Shown in pieces: positions 28,357 through 37,981 of a stretch of 64,000 nucleotides of DNA. The notes under the pieces are model-generated. The model was not told where the DNA came from and made no database searches. It saw only the letters and a list, made by a program, of their open reading frames with translations. Source of the DNA: a virus (lineage: Duplodnaviria; Caudoviricetes); the IMG/VR virus record IMGVR_UViG_3300033074_001354, positions 1-64,000 of that record. One strand, 5' to 3'. The translations under genes were made by a program, and so were the position numbers. Numbering within the stretch: position 1 is the stretch's first letter; the number at the start of each line of letters is the position of its first letter.

Positions 28357-28674
28357 CTATGCTTTGACGTGTATCAAAAGATGAAAAGCCAAGAATATCA
28401 TAGTTACAACCAAGAATATAACAGCCAAGGACGCGAACACTGCCTTTCGTCCACCTGCTTCAACTGTCTTAGTGACCTGCGTTGATAGAGTTCTCCCATA
28501 CACCCATTTAGAGTTGACTACTTCACCAATAAATACGAGGGCATTGATACCTATGAACACCCAAAAGAATACCGTTTGACCAGCCAACATCCAAAATGCT
28601 AACATCGCAATATCAGTTATGATCAATAATACCAAAAATATCCTTCTTAACAATGAAGCTGTTTCACGTTTCAT
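28357..28674 (-). CDS. Small membrane protein (3 TM, holin-like size)
   Basis: Three hydrophobic helices in 105 aa. Confidence 0.55.
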   Translation of the reverse strand: MKRETASLLRRIFLVLLIITDIAMLAFWMLAGQTVFFWVFIGINALVFIGEVVNSKWVYGRTLSTQVTKTVEAGGRKAVFASLAVIFLVVTMIFLAFHLLIHVKA

Positions 28675-29090
28675 TCATCACCACTTTCTGTATCATTTAG
28701 TTTATAACATTGCTCGCACACGTTAGAATATAATCCAGATGTACGGGTAGTTGCATAACCGCCACAATATTCACATATCAGAACGCTTCTTTCTTCTGCT
28801 GACGACACTATACAGTCAAGAATACGTCGTGCTGAAACAGTGCAAGACCCTTCAACTCTATAGTAAAATCTTAATTGTCCAAACTTTTGCTTAACCTGCT
28901 TAGCTGTCACACAAAACTCACCGCAATTAGCTACCATGGAGATATCAGCACAAAGATCATCTATCAATTTGAACCAACCATCACCTGTACATATGCCATC
29001 GCACATGCGAGTCTGATCAGATGATTTATTGCGATCACTGAAAATACTGTCATATTTATTAAACAATATATCTTGTAACTCTTTTTTCAT
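28671..29090 (-). CDS. Conserved phage protein (QVKQKFGQLRFY motif, C-terminal Zn finger)
   Basis: GDGWFKLI, QVKQKFGQLRFYY, ICEYCG...CEQC. Confidence 0.7.
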   Translation of the reverse strand: MKKELQDILFNKYDSIFSDRNKSSDQTRMCDGICTGDGWFKLIDDLCADISMVANCGEFCVTAKQVKQKFGQLRFYYRVEGSCTVSARRILDCIVSSAEERSVLICEYCGGYATTRTSGLYSNVCEQCYKLNDTESGDE

Positions 29091-29353
29091 CTGTTTATAA
29101 CCAACAATATAACAATTCTAATAACAGGTATGATCAATGGATAATGCCACCATAATGGATAATGACAATACCCTAAATACTGCAATAATATAAATATCAC
29201 TGCAATCATCGCTGATATCATTGTTCCAAACATCAGATCAAATGCTGCAAACTCCGACTCATCGCTACGAGTGGCCATTGCCCAGATTGCATAAAAGGAC
29301 AAAGCTAAGAATAAATACTCAATCGCCAGCAATGCAGAGAAGAGCGCTGACAT
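29087..29353 (-). CDS. Small membrane protein
   Basis: Hydrophobic 88-aa ORF, coupled to both neighbours. Confidence 0.6.
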   Translation of the reverse strand: MSALFSALLAIEYLFLALSFYAIWAMATRSDESEFAAFDLMFGTMISAMIAVIFILLQYLGYCHYPLWWHYPLIIPVIRIVILLVINR

Positions 29354-29634
29354 TATAACAATGTGTCCAATAAATCACCTATCTTGTTGATAGCTGCCTT
29401 ACGTGATTCCTTTATGACAAAATCACGCTTAGCATCTGCCTCTGACTGAGGGCCTTTGTAGTTCAATCGATTAAGCAACATTTCTTCAGGAGTCTTGTAC
29501 TGTCCAACAGGGGCACTTCCCTCAACCACTGGATTAGGAGAGCTTGGAGAAGCCTCTGGAGCTTGTGGCTTAGCTCCACCTAGGGTTTTCCCTATGACTG
29601 CTCTCCTCACTTCAGGATCTAGCATATCACTCAT
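29353..29634 (-). CDS. Hypothetical protein
   Basis: Coupled ORF. Confidence 0.6.
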   Translation of the reverse strand: MSDMLDPEVRRAVIGKTLGGAKPQAPEASPSSPNPVVEGSAPVGQYKTPEEMLLNRLNYKGPQSEADAKRDFVIKESRKAAINKIGDLLDTLL

Positions 29635-30073
29635 CTTCTAATTCCTCCTCATCAATCTCTTCTTCCTCTTCACCATAATGAAACAACTCATCAAAGCACT
29701 TTAGGCAAAGGTACGATCTAGTATCCTCAATTGGGTGCTCTATCTCAGGAAACAATACAAACGTTTGATCCAGATCAGACCATAATACTGTTGGCTGTGG
29801 CTCCCGAAGATCAATGACATGATAATAGCATGCTACTTCAGCTCCCTCATCATCACCACCCATAAACTCTTCAGGTGTACAATTACATCTATCACAAACT
29901 TTGGAATATTGAGTATCGTCTGGCATGACTCTGGTGAACACGTGGGATTTTCCTATTATTGAAGATTCTTTAGCTATGGGTGCTTCTGGGCTCTTGATCT
30001 TCAATCTTTTCTTTGGAAAGAAGTTCGCCAGCCACTCTTGGCAACGCTTCATAATCTCGACAAAGTTGAACAA
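29627..30073 (-). CDS. Hypothetical Zn-binding protein with acidic tail
   Basis: CDRC...CLKC; AGGAG RBS. Confidence 0.6.
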   Translation of the reverse strand: MFNFVEIMKRCQEWLANFFPKKRLKIKSPEAPIAKESSIIGKSHVFTRVMPDDTQYSKVCDRCNCTPEEFMGGDDEGAEVACYYHVIDLREPQPTVLWSDLDQTFVLFPEIEHPIEDTRSYLCLKCFDELFHYGEEEEEIDEEELEDE

Positions 30074-30136
30074 TTCCTATCTCCTGCTTACATGGATTCT
30101 TACAAGTGTTACATAAAGTCTCTCGTCTCACAGCCT

Positions 30137-31834
30137 TCACGTACTACTCTTAGCCTTTGACTCTATCTTGACCTTCTTGCCCTGGTAGACACGCTCCCAG
30201 TTCAAATCCGTAAACACTGGACTGGTCTCTTCGGATGATTCATCTAATCTCTTCAAATGCCAGTTACCAGTTGGTGCCTTTAAATCAGCATTCTCTGAAA
30301 ACTTATTCACGAATGCACCAAATGAATTATCATCCCTAGGCTCCACTTCAGGAACATCGTTCAATTTTATTATCTTCTTGTTCATGTAATCAAGCAGTTT
30401 CTTCTTCTCTTCCGCTGGCAATCCATCTTCTCCATACACTTCCTTGTACAAACTAATGACTTTAGTGGCAGTGTCACATCCTTTATCAATAATGTCGCGT
30501 CTAGCAGCTTCCTCTGTTGCGCTGGTAGTAGCCATATTGAGAGTAAAATCCAATGCATCAGGAGGGAGCCCAATGGCAGCAAAATGTATCTGTAGCATAC
30601 GAGTGACCCCATTTTGTATGCATCTCTGCACGTTCTTGACCACTCGAGCAAATCGAGCATCATAGACTTCTATTTCAGATGAACCGATGCCAGCTGACCC
30701 TGTCCCCTGAAATCCACCAAGCATCTGTAGAGGAACTCTAACAGCTGATGCAAGCTGACTGCGAGCGTCTTCAATATCAACAATCCACTTAATATCTGCT
30801 TCTCCACCAATCTTCTCAATGACAACATTACCTACATCTCCATACACTGGCAATATGATATCTTCAGTGACACCTGGAGTCTTCAAAGAACTATCGAAAA
30901 ATGGATTATTGCCTGTGTTTTGAGCTCGTGCTCGCTTGAGCACAACAGTATAAGCATCTATGATCTCAGCTATTGCTGCATTGTTTGTCCCATTAACTCC
31001 AACCTTATAGATGTATCTCAATAATCCTCGTGATAATCTTGCTAACAATAATGAATCTTCAACTAACACCAATCTCTTGTATGCTGCCATGCCATTCATG
31101 AATATCGATGCACCATAATTGGTGCTAACATCATACATCGTCTCTGGTGTCAATACTCCAGCTGCACCAAAGTTTGGATAATTCATATTTGAAGTATTAT
31201 ATCTTGAGGCTCTCGCTCCCTGAAGTTTGAAATGAGTGTATACCCATGGTGGCAATAGATCATACTCAGATACCTGAACGTTTTGACCATGAGTCTCTAC
31301 GAATCCTATAAGCCTTCCTTCATGATCAACTCTATATATCCATCCAGGATATTTTCTATCATCAATATCCACTATTCCTACACCAGGCTTGATAGTCTGC
31401 CTGACAAACAGATCACCATACACAGCACAGTTCCATGCCCAATCATACAATCTATCTTCAATCGAAATAGAATCCAAAAACTTCATTCCTTCATTGTAGA
31501 CTTTTTGATCTTTGGAATGTATCCAAATTGTACGATTCTGTACATCGTCCTTCGTTGTTGCTAAGTCTGCTATTTCAGAACTAGCTCCTGCCATGTACCA
31601 ATGCATAGATGCAGCATTGACATACTCTTGGTAACGGGATTGACGATCATAAGAAATGCTTATCTGCTCAGAGACTTTCTTTGATAATTCACCAACGGTG
31701 AGACCCAATCGTTTGAGCGCATCGATATCATCCTGCGTTAAACTTTGAGCTTGATGAACTGGAGCATTTGATGTATAATCTGGTTCTTTTCTACCGAAGC
31801 CTATCCTCTTTAAGAGGTCAATGAAATTAGCCAA
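30137..31834 (-). CDS. Portal protein (T4 gp20-like)
   Basis: YKRLVLVEDSLLLARLSR...YIYKVGV, EDIILPV, DARFARVVKNVQ. Confidence 0.88.
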   Translation of the reverse strand: MANFIDLLKRIGFGRKEPDYTSNAPVHQAQSLTQDDIDALKRLGLTVGELSKKVSEQISISYDRQSRYQEYVNAASMHWYMAGASSEIADLATTKDDVQNRTIWIHSKDQKVYNEGMKFLDSISIEDRLYDWAWNCAVYGDLFVRQTIKPGVGIVDIDDRKYPGWIYRVDHEGRLIGFVETHGQNVQVSEYDLLPPWVYTHFKLQGARASRYNTSNMNYPNFGAAGVLTPETMYDVSTNYGASIFMNGMAAYKRLVLVEDSLLLARLSRGLLRYIYKVGVNGTNNAAIAEIIDAYTVVLKRARAQNTGNNPFFDSSLKTPGVTEDIILPVYGDVGNVVIEKIGGEADIKWIVDIEDARSQLASAVRVPLQMLGGFQGTGSAGIGSSEIEVYDARFARVVKNVQRCIQNGVTRMLQIHFAAIGLPPDALDFTLNMATTSATEEAARRDIIDKGCDTATKVISLYKEVYGEDGLPAEEKKKLLDYMNKKIIKLNDVPEVEPRDDNSFGAFVNKFSENADLKAPTGNWHLKRLDESSEETSPVFTDLNWERVYQGKKVKIESKAKSST

Positions 31835-31958
31835 ACTATACTCCTATTCGATTATCTATACAATATCAGACTGTGTATAAATTACACTAATGTCTACTAT
31901 GAAAGAATTGAACACAATCTGTATAAATCGAAGTAAAGTTACAACAGGAGGGAACTGC

Positions 31959-32114
31959 TTACTGGCTTGTGTCTTGCGGATTTTTGATCATATTCTCTCT
32001 TATCCACTGCCAATGTGCATTACACAATGGAATATACACTGACATCACTTCAATATCAACTGATACCTTATGCTCACAATTCTCTATCGAACACTTCTCT
32101 TCTTTTGAGCTCAT
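31959..32114 (-). CDS. Small Zn-finger protein
   Basis: Manual translation MSSKEEKCSIENCEHK...LCNAHWQW...; ATGA-coupled to 32111..32845. Confidence 0.5.
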   Translation of the reverse strand: MSSKEEKCSIENCEHKVSVDIEVMSVYIPLCNAHWQWIRENMIKNPQDTSQ

Positions 32115-32845
32115 ATTGAAGATCTCAAATACTCAGTTGCATGCTTCTCAAAATACCACATAAAAGACTCTACCGACTCATCTAGCTCTGGATTGCCCTG
32201 AATGATCTTATTTAAAATCTTATCGCCTCTTCTAATTCTATCTGCTAGAATGCACACTTGCTTGGAAATGTAAGTACTAGGATTTCTATCTAAAGTTTCT
32301 GCTAGTGTCAATATGACTTTATGAACAAGTGCCTGCTCATAGGCCATCCTATAATCATGTGCCTGCCAGTCATCAAATATCAAAACTTTAGAGCATTCAA
32401 AAACTTCCTTAGGATTAATTCGAAGCCTAGGCTGTCCCGAAATAAAAGCTATGGCTCTGTCTTTTTCGGGGGTGGCTGAAGGACGAAACAACAAATGCAT
32501 AGAACAATAATTTAGCCCACGAATTTGCATTGGTCCTTTAAATATAATACCTTTCAAGGTCGTTTGTTCCACTATTAGCTTGCCATTCAAATACTTCTTA
32601 TACTTCAACAACCAGCTTACAGTTTCCTGTAATGGAACACAAAGAAATATAGTATCACTCTTCTTGATGCGTGATATCTTTTGCATTTCGGTTTCTTTAG
32701 TGTCAAAGCATGATATAGAGGCTGCCTTGTCCATATTCTTGAGCAAACAGCTAAGAATATATCTACCTATTTCTCCCTTGTACCCTACAACTAAAGGTCT
32801 TTTCAATGGACATAGCATTTCCGGAATAGTTAAATCTGTACTCAT
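32111..32845 (-). CDS. Prephenate dehydrogenase (TyrA)-like protein
   Basis: Rossmann motif LVVGYKGEIG, DTIFLCVP, SMHLLFRP, HDYRMAYEQALVH. Confidence 0.7.
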   Translation of the reverse strand: MSTDLTIPEMLCPLKRPLVVGYKGEIGRYILSCLLKNMDKAASISCFDTKETEMQKISRIKKSDTIFLCVPLQETVSWLLKYKKYLNGKLIVEQTTLKGIIFKGPMQIRGLNYCSMHLLFRPSATPEKDRAIAFISGQPRLRINPKEVFECSKVLIFDDWQAHDYRMAYEQALVHKVILTLAETLDRNPSTYISKQVCILADRIRRGDKILNKIIQGNPELDESVESFMWYFEKHATEYLRSSI

Positions 32846-33390
32846 GCCGAAATACCGCTATTCAGATATTTTCCATTAAAATCATCCATGATCTCATGTG
32901 CATCTATCGAATTCATTGGACTGAACTCTTCATGGCCGTTACCGTCAAATGCCACTAGTATATGAAACATCTGCCTGTGACATGTCTCCAACTCTTTCAT
33001 GTATCTCTTACGCCTTGCGTGTGCGTTATACCACTTCGGCTCACGGAAATAATCTTCTACTTTCTCACGCTCCCAATATTCATACAGATCATCTAACTTC
33101 TTTGATGCCTTCTTGTATCTACTGTACAAAGAGTTCATAAGGATACTATCCTTCTCTGCTAACTTCTCTAACATTGCATTCTGTATATTACGACCGCCTT
33201 GCTGTACGCCCTTGACACTAGCTTCTAAATCCCTAATGTGTATCTTATGACGCAAAAGGGCACATCTAATATTATATGAAAATGCTTGCTCTAAATCTGA
33301 TGTGTTCTGAGAATCATAATTGGGCAATATTTGTGATATCATTTCTTCTGTTTCTTTTTCACTTAATGCGTCAAGTTCTTCATTGGTCAT
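32842..33390 (-). CDS. Hypothetical protein
   Basis: ATGA-coupled ORF. Confidence 0.6.
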   Translation of the reverse strand: MTNEELDALSEKETEEMISQILPNYDSQNTSDLEQAFSYNIRCALLRHKIHIRDLEASVKGVQQGGRNIQNAMLEKLAEKDSILMNSLYSRYKKASKKLDDLYEYWEREKVEDYFREPKWYNAHARRKRYMKELETCHRQMFHILVAFDGNGHEEFSPMNSIDAHEIMDDFNGKYLNSGISA

Positions 33391-33659
33391 GGCATTTCAA
33401 CCCTTTCTGTAAATTGCACAATGCATTTAAAATTTATAAACTTGAAATCATTTGTATCATGCGCACACTCTGGATGCGTACACATATGTGCTTGCCATAC
33501 AGCATCACATTCATACAACCCAGAAAGCAATTTGAGCTCGTCCCTTTGATCTATGCTTTCATTTATGGCTTCTAATAAATAAATTTCATCTTCAACTGGA
33601 TTAGGATTTTCAGCTATAACAAATCTTCCATTAAAACCTACTAACAATTTAATTTTCAT
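33387..33659 (-). CDS. Hypothetical protein
   Basis: ATGA-coupled ORF. Confidence 0.6.
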   Translation of the reverse strand: MKIKLLVGFNGRFVIAENPNPVEDEIYLLEAINESIDQRDELKLLSGLYECDAVWQAHMCTHPECAHDTNDFKFINFKCIVQFTERVEMP

Positions 33660-33892
33660 TTTTCAAACTCCAACAGTTTAATATCATACATAATCCATCC
33701 TAAATCACCAGTTGTAATACATTTGTTATTAACAGTAGTCCATGTTAACTTGCTCTTATAATGTGCCTCACAATGCAATTTTGCAGATTTTAATGATTTA
33801 AAATTTTTTATCCAAATTATTGTAGTATACTCAGTGCCCATAGAACCACCAAGATGTGTTAAATCTGTTGCGATTGCAGTATAACTATTCAT
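33656..33892 (-). CDS. Hypothetical protein
   Basis: Probable start MNSYTAIATDL within the 33656..33991 ORF. Confidence 0.55.
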   Translation of the reverse strand: MNSYTAIATDLTHLGGSMGTEYTTIIWIKNFKSLKSAKLHCEAHYKSKLTWTTVNNKCITTGDLGWIMYDIKLLEFEK

Positions 33893-34108
33893 ATCTGCAC
33901 CTAATAGTATTTTCTGACTTCGTTGCATCCACCGGCACAAACTTCCTCTCGGCGTAGAGTTCGACGCGGTATTGTTTATCGTAATGATCATGTATACCAG
34001 GTTGGGCGGGTATTAGATTGTGTGCCATTATTAAAAAGTAATAACCACTCCTAAAAAAACGCCAGCTAAAAACTCGTAGATTGACATATATCCTCCTAAT
34101 TGTTAGTT

Positions 34109-34184
34109 GTTCCGGGCTCGGATTCAATCGCGCTCTTGCGCTACGCCCTCCGCGTCCGATAGTTTTAGTCAGGACACCCGGAAC
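34109..34184 (-). ncRNA. tRNA-sized ncRNA B1
   Basis: 8-bp terminal stem GTTCCGGG/CCCGGAAC, inner TCGGA/TCCGA and GCGC-AAGA-GCGC hairpin. Confidence 0.5.
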
Positions 34185-34192
34185 TGAATTAA

Positions 34193-34335
34193 TGTGCGAA
34201 GGCCGGGCGCTACTCCGGCTTCCTTCGGCTACGGACATTTCGGGTGTTAGTCCATAATTTTAGCCCCTACAAAAACCCCCGAGGCCTTAAGTATTTGCCC
34301 TGTTGCGTGACTGCTAATCCACGCCACTCCGCACA
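34193..34335 (-). ncRNA. tRNA-framed ncRNA B2 with large insert
   Basis: TGTGCGGAG/CTTCGCACA stem, TGGCGTG..CACGC D-like arm, GCCGG/CCGGC T-like arm. Confidence 0.6.
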
Positions 34336-34342
34336 AACTTAA

Positions 34343-34520
34343 GCAAGTGTTCCGGCAGGCCATTTCAACCTGCATTGGATACTTCCATAGCGTTTCTACG
34401 TAACCTACTATGGACGCTCGAAGTCTTTAACCTACCAGCTCGGATTATTTCTTATCCATTTGCTTTATCTTCGTCAAGATACTCGCATTAGCGTCTCTCT
34501 TCCGCCACGGAAACACTTGC
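34343..34520 (-). ncRNA. tRNA-framed ncRNA B3, paralog of A1
   Basis: Same frame as A1 (CAAGTGTTTC(C)GTGGCG...GCAGG..CCTGCCGGAACACTTG) with an unrelated, longer insert. Confidence 0.7.
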
Positions 34521-34537
34521 AAACTATCTCAAAGAAC

Positions 34538-34609
34538 TGGTGGCGGTGTTCTTACCCGCATCCCACACAGGCCGTTTCTTAAGTCGTGCCTGCTACGCTC
34601 TCCACCGCC
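34538..34609 (-). ncRNA. tRNA-like ncRNA B4 with encoded CCA end
   Basis: Perfect GGCGGTG/CACCGCC-A-CCA; inner CAGGC/GCCTG stem; no canonical T loop. Confidence 0.6.
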
Positions 34610-34639
34610 AAAGCAACGTAGTATTAAGAATGCAGTAAC

Positions 34640-34726
34640 TGGCAGCCGGGCATGACCACGGTAAGCGTTACGTCTTCCGGTCTGATGCTTAACGCCTGCA
34701 CCCACGTTTCTTAAACGCTCCCGGCC
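34640..34726 (-). ncRNA. tRNA-like ncRNA B5, paralog of A4, with CCA end
   Basis: Begins with the same TTCAA-GGCCGGGAGCGT as A4 and ends CCCGGCT-G-CCA. Confidence 0.65.
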
Positions 34727-34734
34727 TTGAATTT

Positions 34735-34992
34735 TTATTCGACAACTTCAATAATGACGTCCCCTCCAACTCGAACCAACTTTCCAGTTGCTTTATCCAT
34801 AAATTGCCATCCGTCTGACTGAGACATGGACTCTACTTTTCCGCTAGAAATCCACTCGCGAACCAATACTCCACCGTTATACATGGTAACTTTATGTTCT
34901 TTTCCAAATGATAAAAAGCTGGCTTTTCTTGCATCTGTGCAACCTGAAACAATAACTGCAAAAATAAGCGCTGCCAAAATCTTGATTCTCAT
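34735..34992 (-). CDS. Lipoprotein
   Basis: Lipobox IVSGC after a hydrophobic signal. Confidence 0.75.
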   Translation of the reverse strand: MRIKILAALIFAVIVSGCTDARKASFLSFGKEHKVTMYNGGVLVREWISSGKVESMSQSDGWQFMDKATGKLVRVGGDVIIEVVE

Positions 34993-35880
34993 CCCTCATT
35001 CTCCTTCTGGTTGTGTTGTGGCGTTGTTAAAAATTCTATTTAAAATAGTTCGTGTTCTGCAGTCTCTGCTTTTGATAGGGTTAACGATGTGATCAAAGAC
35101 ATCTGTTAGCATGTATAATAAAATTCCGCAATCTTTACAAATCCAAAAATCAGAACTCACCGCTCACCCTCCTTTGGTTGGTGGTTAATCTAAAATAATC
35201 ATATTGGTTTGATTTAAATCTGATAACCTTCTCTCGAAGATCTCTTTCAATGGCTTATGCAACAATGCCTTTATTCTAATATGAAACTTTTCCTGCCATT
35301 CTTTGGTATTCATTTCTTCTACTGTTACTCTTTTTATGTCACTCATCGTTCACCACTTTCAATGACGGTGGTGATGCGCTATCTGGTGTAGGAATTATCT
35401 TTTGACCGCTACAAACATCGCATAAAAGGTCGTTGCCGAGCTTGACCATTGATACACATCACCGGGAACATAGCTTGGCTTACTAACAATTCCTTGGCCA
35501 TCACATTTAGGGCACTTTTGCCAGACCTTCACCTCACACCCTCCTTTGGTTGATGTAACTTTAAGGTTCATACATGTACAATTTATAATCATCGGGCATC
35601 AAGAAGAAAAAATAAGGATCATTGTCTCCACTGTACTTGCCATTCAAAAAGGAGACTATCCTTTCTCCATAAAATTCACCAACATTTTCAGCAATGAGCA
35701 CATCAGATACAGTTTCTTTATCGTAATTACTTCTTCCTACTATCTTCATGTGGGCCGTCCCCCAACTTTTCGTAACATCTTTTAGAACAATAAACGTGTG
35801 AGACATTGTGAATGAAGTATTCAAACACAGCAAGATGCGTATCTTTTTGTTTGCCACACACATCACAAATAGAAACTCTC

Positions 35881-36129
35881 TTAATAGGCATCACGCACCC
35901 TGCCTTTCGTTCTGCGTTCTAATCCCTCAGACATAATCCACTCTCTAACTTCCTTTGCGGCATTCACATATTCTGGCGACGGGCATTTAGTTATTTCTTG
36001 TCCTGGTCGGTAGTGCTCCCAAATCAAACGTCGAAGGCGCAGAGGCAAGCTCATCCAGTGAGTTTTGCAACCCCACATTTTTGGGAGAACTTCTTTTCCA
36101 CACTCAGGCCAATGGCATGTATGCTTCAT
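35881..36129 (-). CDS. Conserved small phage Zn-binding protein
   Basis: MKHTCHWPECGKEV..KMWGCKTHW...YRPGQE. Confidence 0.6.
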   Translation of the reverse strand: MKHTCHWPECGKEVLPKMWGCKTHWMSLPLRLRRLIWEHYRPGQEITKCPSPEYVNAAKEVREWIMSEGLERRTKGRVRDAY

Positions 36130-36323
36130 TTCGTTCTGCGTTCGGGTTGAATCTCTCGCCCATACCAAGCTTCTCTTTGCTTCACGCAAAGATTGAAGTT
36201 ATCCAGACACCGCCCTAAATACGAAGCCAGAATAAAATCAGGCGTATCACTTTCGTTTTCCTTAGAATACCTGTTGATTAAATCTTGCAATGCACCATAA
36301 AAAGTTAATTCGTTCTGCGTCAT
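36126..36323 (-). CDS. Conserved small phage protein (ENxSDTPDFILA motif)
   Basis: LINRYSKENESDTPDFILASYL. Confidence 0.65.
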   Translation of the reverse strand: MTQNELTFYGALQDLINRYSKENESDTPDFILASYLGRCLDNFNLCVKQREAWYGREIQPERRTK

Positions 36324-37297
36324 GCTTTACCCCCTTCGACTTCCTTCATGCGGTTGCGGATTGCGTCGATAACCTTTCGGATGGCTTGCCATTCTGAATT
36401 TCTATACGCTGACTCGACGTAAATATGTGGTTTGTGATAATGGTAATGATTAGCATTGATATGCTCTTGAGCCGATTTTTCGCTGAAATAGCAATGCCCG
36501 CTTACAGGAACAGAAACTTCCGTGTAGCAGACTTTGGTGTGCTTATCTTTAAATTGCTCATCATTCTCGTCGTATTCAACTTCATCCCAATCATCATTGA
36601 ACCACTTCTCAATTTCACCATCTAATGATTCTCTTAATTCTATTTGATATACATGAAAGATCGGGTGTGCGGTACAGCGATTGTCTTGGCCAATCATTTT
36701 TTCCGCAATAGGTTTTAAGGCAGACTCCACCTTAGTTATCAGCTCCCTTTCCAGTCTCGTGGCTTCGGTGCGGATGCGAGCGGCCCACGTTGTTAAAAGT
36801 TTTGTGTATGGCTCTGCAATTCGCAACGATTCCCCATCATCGAACATAAGCTTAATTCCTCCGTCAAATGCAAACGGTTTGAAATGTGGAATTTTAGACA
36901 GAATTGACTCAGCTTCCGTTTTATCAGACGGTAGAGGAGCGGGGGTTTGGGCTTTCTCAACGAGATAATTTATTCCCTGTATAATCTCTGATTCTGTAAA
37001 ATCAAAAGCACTTCCTGAATCCGTACCTGCTCCGTCTATCTGGTCGCTAGGCACTCCTGCTTCAATGAAAAGGTTTCTTATTTTATCCTGCCATTCAGAC
37101 GTTATTTCTTCTTTATCATCCTTCTCCCTCCGTCCCTCGGCTAAGGCTTCATCCCGGACGGTGCGGAGAGCTTTGGTAATATTTAATGTTAGAGTTTTAA
37201 GTTCTTCAAGCTCATTAGGTTTATAAGAGCTTTCAATTATTCGTTGCACCATCTTCTCAAGCTCTTCGTCAGAGAGGTTGGTCATAATTTCCTCCAT
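36320..37297 (-). CDS. Mosaic phage protein with an Ead/Ea22-associated-like C-terminal domain
   Basis: QDNRCTAHPIF...HINANHYHY..PHIYVESAYRNSEW. Confidence 0.55.
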   Translation of the reverse strand: MEEIMTNLSDEELEKMVQRIIESSYKPNELEELKTLTLNITKALRTVRDEALAEGRREKDDKEEITSEWQDKIRNLFIEAGVPSDQIDGAGTDSGSAFDFTESEIIQGINYLVEKAQTPAPLPSDKTEAESILSKIPHFKPFAFDGGIKLMFDDGESLRIAEPYTKLLTTWAARIRTEATRLERELITKVESALKPIAEKMIGQDNRCTAHPIFHVYQIELRESLDGEIEKWFNDDWDEVEYDENDEQFKDKHTKVCYTEVSVPVSGHCYFSEKSAQEHINANHYHYHKPHIYVESAYRNSEWQAIRKVIDAIRNRMKEVEGGKA

Positions 37298-37981
37298 CCT
37301 TTAGGAGCCTCAAAAAGAGCATTACAATCAAGGCATCTTGCTACTTCAATTTCTTCACCGTTTTTTGTGTATCGAGTTTCAATTCTAAACTCTTCGTGAT
37401 TACATTTAGTGTACCCTTCATTCTTCAGATCATCGTCAGTCATTTGGCCCTCCACGTGCTTTAATTTCGTCCATTAGTTCTTTATGAGTGCTTTCATGTC
37501 CAATAATTTTAAAACCTTCCTTGCAATTCCACGTAACATCTTCGGGCGATTCTTCATGCCATTCATTAGGATTGTCCCATAACCTTATTTTTCCATCTCT
37601 ATAAACCCATAAGTCATGCATGAATTGGTTAAGCACAATATCTCCATTTTTAAGTTTAGGGACTAAATTATCTTCGTCGCTTAGGTTCATGGTTTCCTCT
37701 TTCCGCATTTGCACAACATTTTGAGAACACCTTTAGGACCATCGTGAGGATAAACGGGCGACGGGATGGACCTCTTACAAATTCCGCAATAGTTATACCT
37801 ATGCCGATGCTTTTTTCGCTTCTTGGTCATGGTTTATCTCTCTCGACAATGATGGTCCAGTACGTAGAAAATTCTGAAGTTTCATTTGCGTGAAGTTTGA
37901 AAACGGCCCACCCTTGTTCGGCAAAGGCATTTAGCTCTACTTGCAATTCGCTCTGGCTAACTTCCTTAACAAAGTATTCCT

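Noticed and set aside
33885-34238. 117-aa ORF as annotated in the track
   Set aside because: Its 5' half runs through ncRNAs B1 and B2; the real RBS/ATG is at 34087 in another frame.
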